This document shows positions 59,925 through 64,000 of a DNA stretch of 64,000 nt, piece by piece (the first letter of the stretch is position 1; every line of letters starts with the position of its first letter). A program made the translations under genes and the position numbers. The DNA is from Alphaproteobacteria bacterium (GTDB taxonomy: Bacteria; Pseudomonadota; Alphaproteobacteria; MPNO01; UBA830): positions 2,304,001 to 2,368,000 of the forward strand of contig OZ219791.1 of NCBI GenBank assembly GCA_964291215.2, given 5' to 3'. The notes beneath the pieces were generated by a model that saw nothing but the letters and a program-made list of their open reading frames with translations, made no database searches and was not told the origin of the DNA.

Positions 59925-62237
59925 CGCCAAGATTCTGGTTTGGACGAAGGCTGCTTCGCGGCCATGGGTGCTTGTGATCGAGCACTGTGCTGAGCGATCG
60001 ATGTGAGTGGTTGTGTTGAGAGATCGACGTTCCTGATGTTTCAATGATCTGATCGAGGCACCACACTTCCTGGTCTCCCGACTGTTCGGGAGGACCATCA
60101 ACCAGGGAGTGAGAGGCAAAGGAAGTTTCGCCTCTGCGCCAGAAGACGATCGAGACGATGAAGGGTCTGTCGCACGCAGGAGAACTATCTGCGTGAGATT
60201 ACGATGTTCGACCTCCATACCGGACATCAGCTGGAGAGTCAGACGGGCGAGGCCTGGATCCTGGAGCGGAGGGTCTGGCGCCGCGCACGACCAACGTCAC
60301 GGCGATCCGCCTGTTCTATGATAGTGTGCTCGGTCAGCCCGAGAAGGTCCTGCGTTGCCGCCGGGTTCCCGACCGCCTGCCGCGGACGATCCCGGAAGAG
60401 GATGTCGAGCACCTGATCCAGGCGATCACCGACGTACGCACGGCAACCGTTGTTGCCTACGGCGCTGCGCATCTCGGAAGTGGTGTCGCTGCAGGTCACG
60501 GACATCCGCCGTGAGCAAGGTCTCCTGCACATCCGCGAGGGCAAGGGCCACCACGAGCGCATGCCTGCCGTGCTCAAGGAACTGGAGCGCTACTGGAACT
60601 GGCCACGTCCCCAAAGCTGGCTCTTCTACAGCCACACGCCCGATACGCCGATCACCGTGAAAGGACTGCAGGCCGCCTTTCGAAGGACCAGGTCGGCCTC
60701 GATCACGGGGTCACCTTTCACAGTCTGCGGCACGCAACACATCTTCTCGAAAGAGGTGCGCCGCAGAGTGTCGTGCAGGATGTCCTGGGACACAAGTCCC
60801 CGGAGACAACAAGGGCCCGCACCACGGATGTTCCGCAACCACCCGGTGGAGGGGTTCCTGGCCGCCCCTTGACCCGTCCCCGGCGTGGCGGACATCATTC
60901 GCCACGCCCGGCTTCCGCGTCACCCACGCCGGACGCGCGCTCTCGTGCGAGGTGCTTGACCGCATCGCATCCTGTCTCGGCGGTCACCTCTACCAGTGCA
61001 CCCGCGCTTCCATGTCGCCTGGCACTCACCGTCACTGCCCCCAGGGCGCCGCGGCGCAGGCGGCGCGGCAGGCAGACCAGGTCCTGCCCTACTTCCACAT
61101 CGTCTTCACCCTGCCCAGATCGCCTTCCAGAACCGAAAGACTGCGTTCGACATCCTGTTCCGTTGTGCCGCCGACACCCTCAAGACCATCAGCGCCGACC
61201 CCCGACGCTTCGCCGCTCACGTCGGCGGCACCGCCGTGCTCCATACCTGGAACCAGAAGATGGAGTAGCATCCCCACCTCCACTGCCTCGTTCCCAACGG
61301 CGGCTTCGATATCAACTCCGGAGCGTGGAAGGCGGGGTCCTCCCACTTCTTCGCACCAGTCCTCGCATGCTTCTTCCGCAACCGCTTCCTCGAAGAACTG
61401 GCCAAGCTCACCTTCCACGGCTCCATCGCCGACCGCAAGACCTTCGAGAAGGTGAAGCACGCACGATCGCCTGGAACGTCTACGCGGCCCTTCAACGGAC
61501 CCAAGGCCGTCATCCGATACCTCTCCCGATACACCCTCGCCATCTCCGACGCCCGCATCATCGCCTTCGACGGCTCAACCGTCACCATGCGTCACCGCAA
61601 GCCCGCCGAGAAGCCCACCTACGGCGCCATGCAACTCTCCGCCGACGCCTTCATCAGACGCTTCCTCCTGCATCGCCTGCCCAAAGGACTGCACCGCATC
61701 CGGCACTTCGGCATCCTCGCCAACGGAGCCAAGACCCTCGACGCCGTGCGCTCGCTCATCAGCCCGACACCACCGACGACGACACTACCACCGACACCAG
61801 GGTCTGCACCCACTGCGGCGCCCCCTTGCGGCTCGTTCTCGACTTCGGACGCAAGAGCCTCTCCCCCGAAAAACGCGCCCTTCTCGACGCCCTGCTCCGC
61901 CAACGCGGGCCTCCAACACCACAGCCGCCGCCATGACCGCACCGACATCCCCGCAGCACAAACGGTGGGCGTACCGCCGCTCTGTGTCCTCATGACAGCA
62001 GACTGTCGTCCACAGCCCTCCAGAACCCCATGCCAGGGTGACCGCACGCATCCCGCAGGCCCCTTCGTCACAGGCCGAACATCACGCCCCGACGTCGGAC
62101 AACACGCATCCTCGCGCGTCCGTAAACAACACCTCCTTCACACTTTCTGCATGTCGACACCGGGGCGGCGCGGCCTTCGTCCAAACCCGCTTAGTGACGG
62201 CGCTCCGGCCGTCACTAACCAGAATCTTTCGGCGTTC
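59925..62237 (+). mobile_element. IS91-like element encoding a tyrosine recombinase (~60109-60872) and a Y2 transposase (~60869-61936), both degraded
   Basis: Integrase LRISEV, GKG and QDVLGHKS; transposase PYFHIVFTLP, LHTWNQK, HPHLHCLVP and RIRHFGIL. Inverted ends GGTTTGGACGAAGGC / GCCTTCGTCCAAACC; the right end abuts GTTC. Confidence 0.8.
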
Positions 62238-62292
62238 ATACCGTTCTTAAAGGAGAACAAGTCGCAAGGTTCTTCTCGGTCCAGTCGTTCAT
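62234..62292 (-). pseudogene. Probable hsdS N-terminal stub cut by the IS91-like element
   Basis: ATG overlaps the rhuM stop; MNDWTEKNL then, after a frameshift, DLFSFKNGMN, resembling an HsdS start in the expected position. Confidence 0.5.
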
Positions 62293-63311
62293 TCCTCGCC
62301 CCCCTTCTTCCCCTCAAGCTCTTTGGCTATCTGTTCAAGAGCAGCGATATCTTCTTCATCGGCCCGTAACGCCTCTGCCTGCTTCCGCTTGGCATCGAAT
62401 GCTTCGTACCGCTCAGCGGCAAGGTTTTGCGCCACTTCCATTTTGATCTTGCCTGCATGGCTGAGCAGGTCGCGTTCGTTGAAGGACAGGAAGGCGTCGA
62501 GCTTGTCCGCCCACTGCGCCATGGTTACGGGCGAGCGGCGCTTGGCCTGATCCTCCGCATAGTCGAGATACATGGTGACGATGCGGTTCAGCTCTTCGAC
62601 TTCCTCCGCATTCAGGTAGTTTTTCGCCGTGCCGACATCCCCCTTGCGCACGATCGACCCTTTCCAGGACATGACGCCCATGTTCGGCTTGTCCGCGTCG
62701 GCGCGCGCGGCGATCAGCTCCGCCGCCGTATGACCGGTGACGGCCCAAAGCATCTTGTTCTGCACCTTTTTGAAAAACACCTGCGCCGCTTCGGCCTTGG
62801 AGTCGTAATCGACGGCCGTCGCGTAGAGGTCTTTGACCTTTTGGTAAAATCGCTTTTCCGATGCGCGGATGTCGCGGATGCGGGCCAGCCATTCGTCGAA
62901 ATAGTCCCAACGCTCGGCCTGTTTCAGCCGCGCGTCGTCCATGGCAAAACCCTTGACGAGATACTCCTTGAGAACGGTATTTGCCCAACGGCGAAACTGG
63001 ACACCGCGCGGCGACCGCACACGGTAGCCGATGGCGAGGATCGCGTCGAGATTATAGATCTTGGTATTGTAACGCTTTCCGTCCGAGGCAGTTGTCAAGG
63101 ATTCCTTGACAACTGTGCCTTCCTCCAACTCATTGTCTTCGAATATGTTTTTGAGATGCAGGCTGACGTTCTGCTTGGACGTGTCGAAAAGCTCAGCCAG
63201 TTCCATCTGTGAAAGCCACACCGTTCCACCGATGGCGCGCAAACCGATCTCGGCCTTGCCGTCTTCGGTCTGGTAGAGGATCATCTCGCCTTTCCGGGGA
63301 TCGATGCTCAT
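62289..63311 (-). CDS. RhuM-family protein
   Basis: TVWLSQ..LAELF, YNLDAILAIGYRVRS, FRRWA and IRDIRASEKRFY. Confidence 0.9.
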   Translation of the reverse strand: MSIDPRKGEMILYQTEDGKAEIGLRAIGGTVWLSQMELAELFDTSKQNVSLHLKNIFEDNELEEGTVVKESLTTASDGKRYNTKIYNLDAILAIGYRVRSPRGVQFRRWANTVLKEYLVKGFAMDDARLKQAERWDYFDEWLARIRDIRASEKRFYQKVKDLYATAVDYDSKAEAAQVFFKKVQNKMLWAVTGHTAAELIAARADADKPNMGVMSWKGSIVRKGDVGTAKNYLNAEEVEELNRIVTMYLDYAEDQAKRRSPVTMAQWADKLDAFLSFNERDLLSHAGKIKMEVAQNLAAERYEAFDAKRKQAEALRADEEDIAALEQIAKELEGKKGGEE

Positions 63312-64000
63312 ACGGCATACCCCAGTTCTTTGAGGTAGCCGACCATCTTCTCTTCCAGGTTGGCCAGTTCGGCCTTTAGCTTTTGGCGCTCGACACGCAC
63401 CGCCATCAGGTCAATCTCTTCTTCCTCCTCGAACGTATCCACATAGCGGGGGATGTTGAGATTGAAATCGTTCTCCTTGAGTTCCTGCGGGGTCGCGAGA
63501 TAGGCGTATTTATCGACACTCTTGCGCGCCTGATATGTCTCAATAATCTTCTTGATGTTCTCATCTGAAAGCTGGTTCTGGTTTTTCCCAGACAGGAACT
63601 CGCGGGCAGCGTCGATGAAGAGAATGTTCTTATCCGCCTTGTTCCGACGGAGCATCAGAATGGCGGCCGGGATGCCGATCCCGTAAAAAAGCTTCTCCGG
63701 CAATCCGATCACCGCGTCGATCAGGTTCTCCTCAACCAGCTTCTGACGGATTTTTCCCTCCGCCGCGCCACGGAACAGAACGCCGTGCGGCGCAACAACC
63801 GCCATGCGTCCGGTCTTTGGTTTCATCGTTTCGACCATGTGCAGGACGAAGGCGTAATCGCCTTTGGTTTTTGGCGGAATGCCGCGACGGAACCGACCGA
63901 ATTTGTCACCTTCCGCCTTCTCATGGCCCCATTTTTCAAGGCTGAACGGCGGATTGGCGACCACTACGTCGAAATGCTTAAGGGTATCTTCGCTACCCAG
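63308..64000 (-). CDS. hsdM: Type I restriction-modification methyltransferase subunit (partial)
   Basis: FDVVVANPPFS, PHGVLFRG and NLNIPRYVD; runs off the window. Confidence 0.93.
   Translation of the reverse strand: MGSEDTLKHFDVVVANPPFSLEKWGHEKAEGDKFGRFRRGIPPKTKGDYAFVLHMVETMKPKTGRMAVVAPHGVLFRGAAEGKIRQKLVEENLIDAVIGLPEKLFYGIGIPAAILMLRRNKADKNILFIDAAREFLSGKNQNQLSDENIKKIIETYQARKSVDKYAYLATPQELKENDFNLNIPRYVDTFEEEEEIDLMAVRVERQKLKAELANLEEKMVGYLKELGYAV

Noticed and set aside
1-64000. CRISPR array, rRNA, full tRNA or prophage structural genes
   Set aside because: No regularly spaced repeats or recognisable sequences seen by eye.

Overview
GC-rich alphaproteobacterial-type chromosome segment; the lineage is inferred from glnK-amtB with a sigma54 promoter, the aminotransferase-ftsK-lolA-xth block and queA-tgt-queG. 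Bases 1-30 kb and 33.3-48.3 kb are mostly intact housekeeping and metabolic genes. They include an uncharacterised glycosyltransferase / degenerate ABC exporter / cNMP-binding cluster and a xanthine-dehydrogenase-family L-M-S operon. Bases 30-33.3 kb and 48.3-62.3 kb are a graveyard of nested mobile elements: IS630, IS1634, IS110, ISAzo13, IS256, ISKra4/ISLre2-like, an IS91-like element with a tyrosine recombinase, and a large serine recombinase. The window ends in a broken type I RM locus. The main result is three copies of a ~1.4 kb IS110 element whose left non-coding end folds into a bridge-RNA architecture. Its target-loop guides (TTCCGTCCT / TTCCCGAG) match the actual insertion sites, and its donor-loop guide (ATGGATGCT) matches the element's own end. 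Two of the three copies sit at the same site inside IS1634 transposase genes. The element has several atypical features: the recombinase is dead in all copies while the RNA region is almost free of indels, the recombinase has a ~65-70 aa acidic C-terminal extension, and DnaA-box-like motifs lie around the predicted circle junction. A second window-wide signal is a dense pattern of 5-8 bp deletions, often flanked by microhomology, that is confined to non-selected DNA. All calls come from reading the sequence by eye; no searches or folding programs were run.
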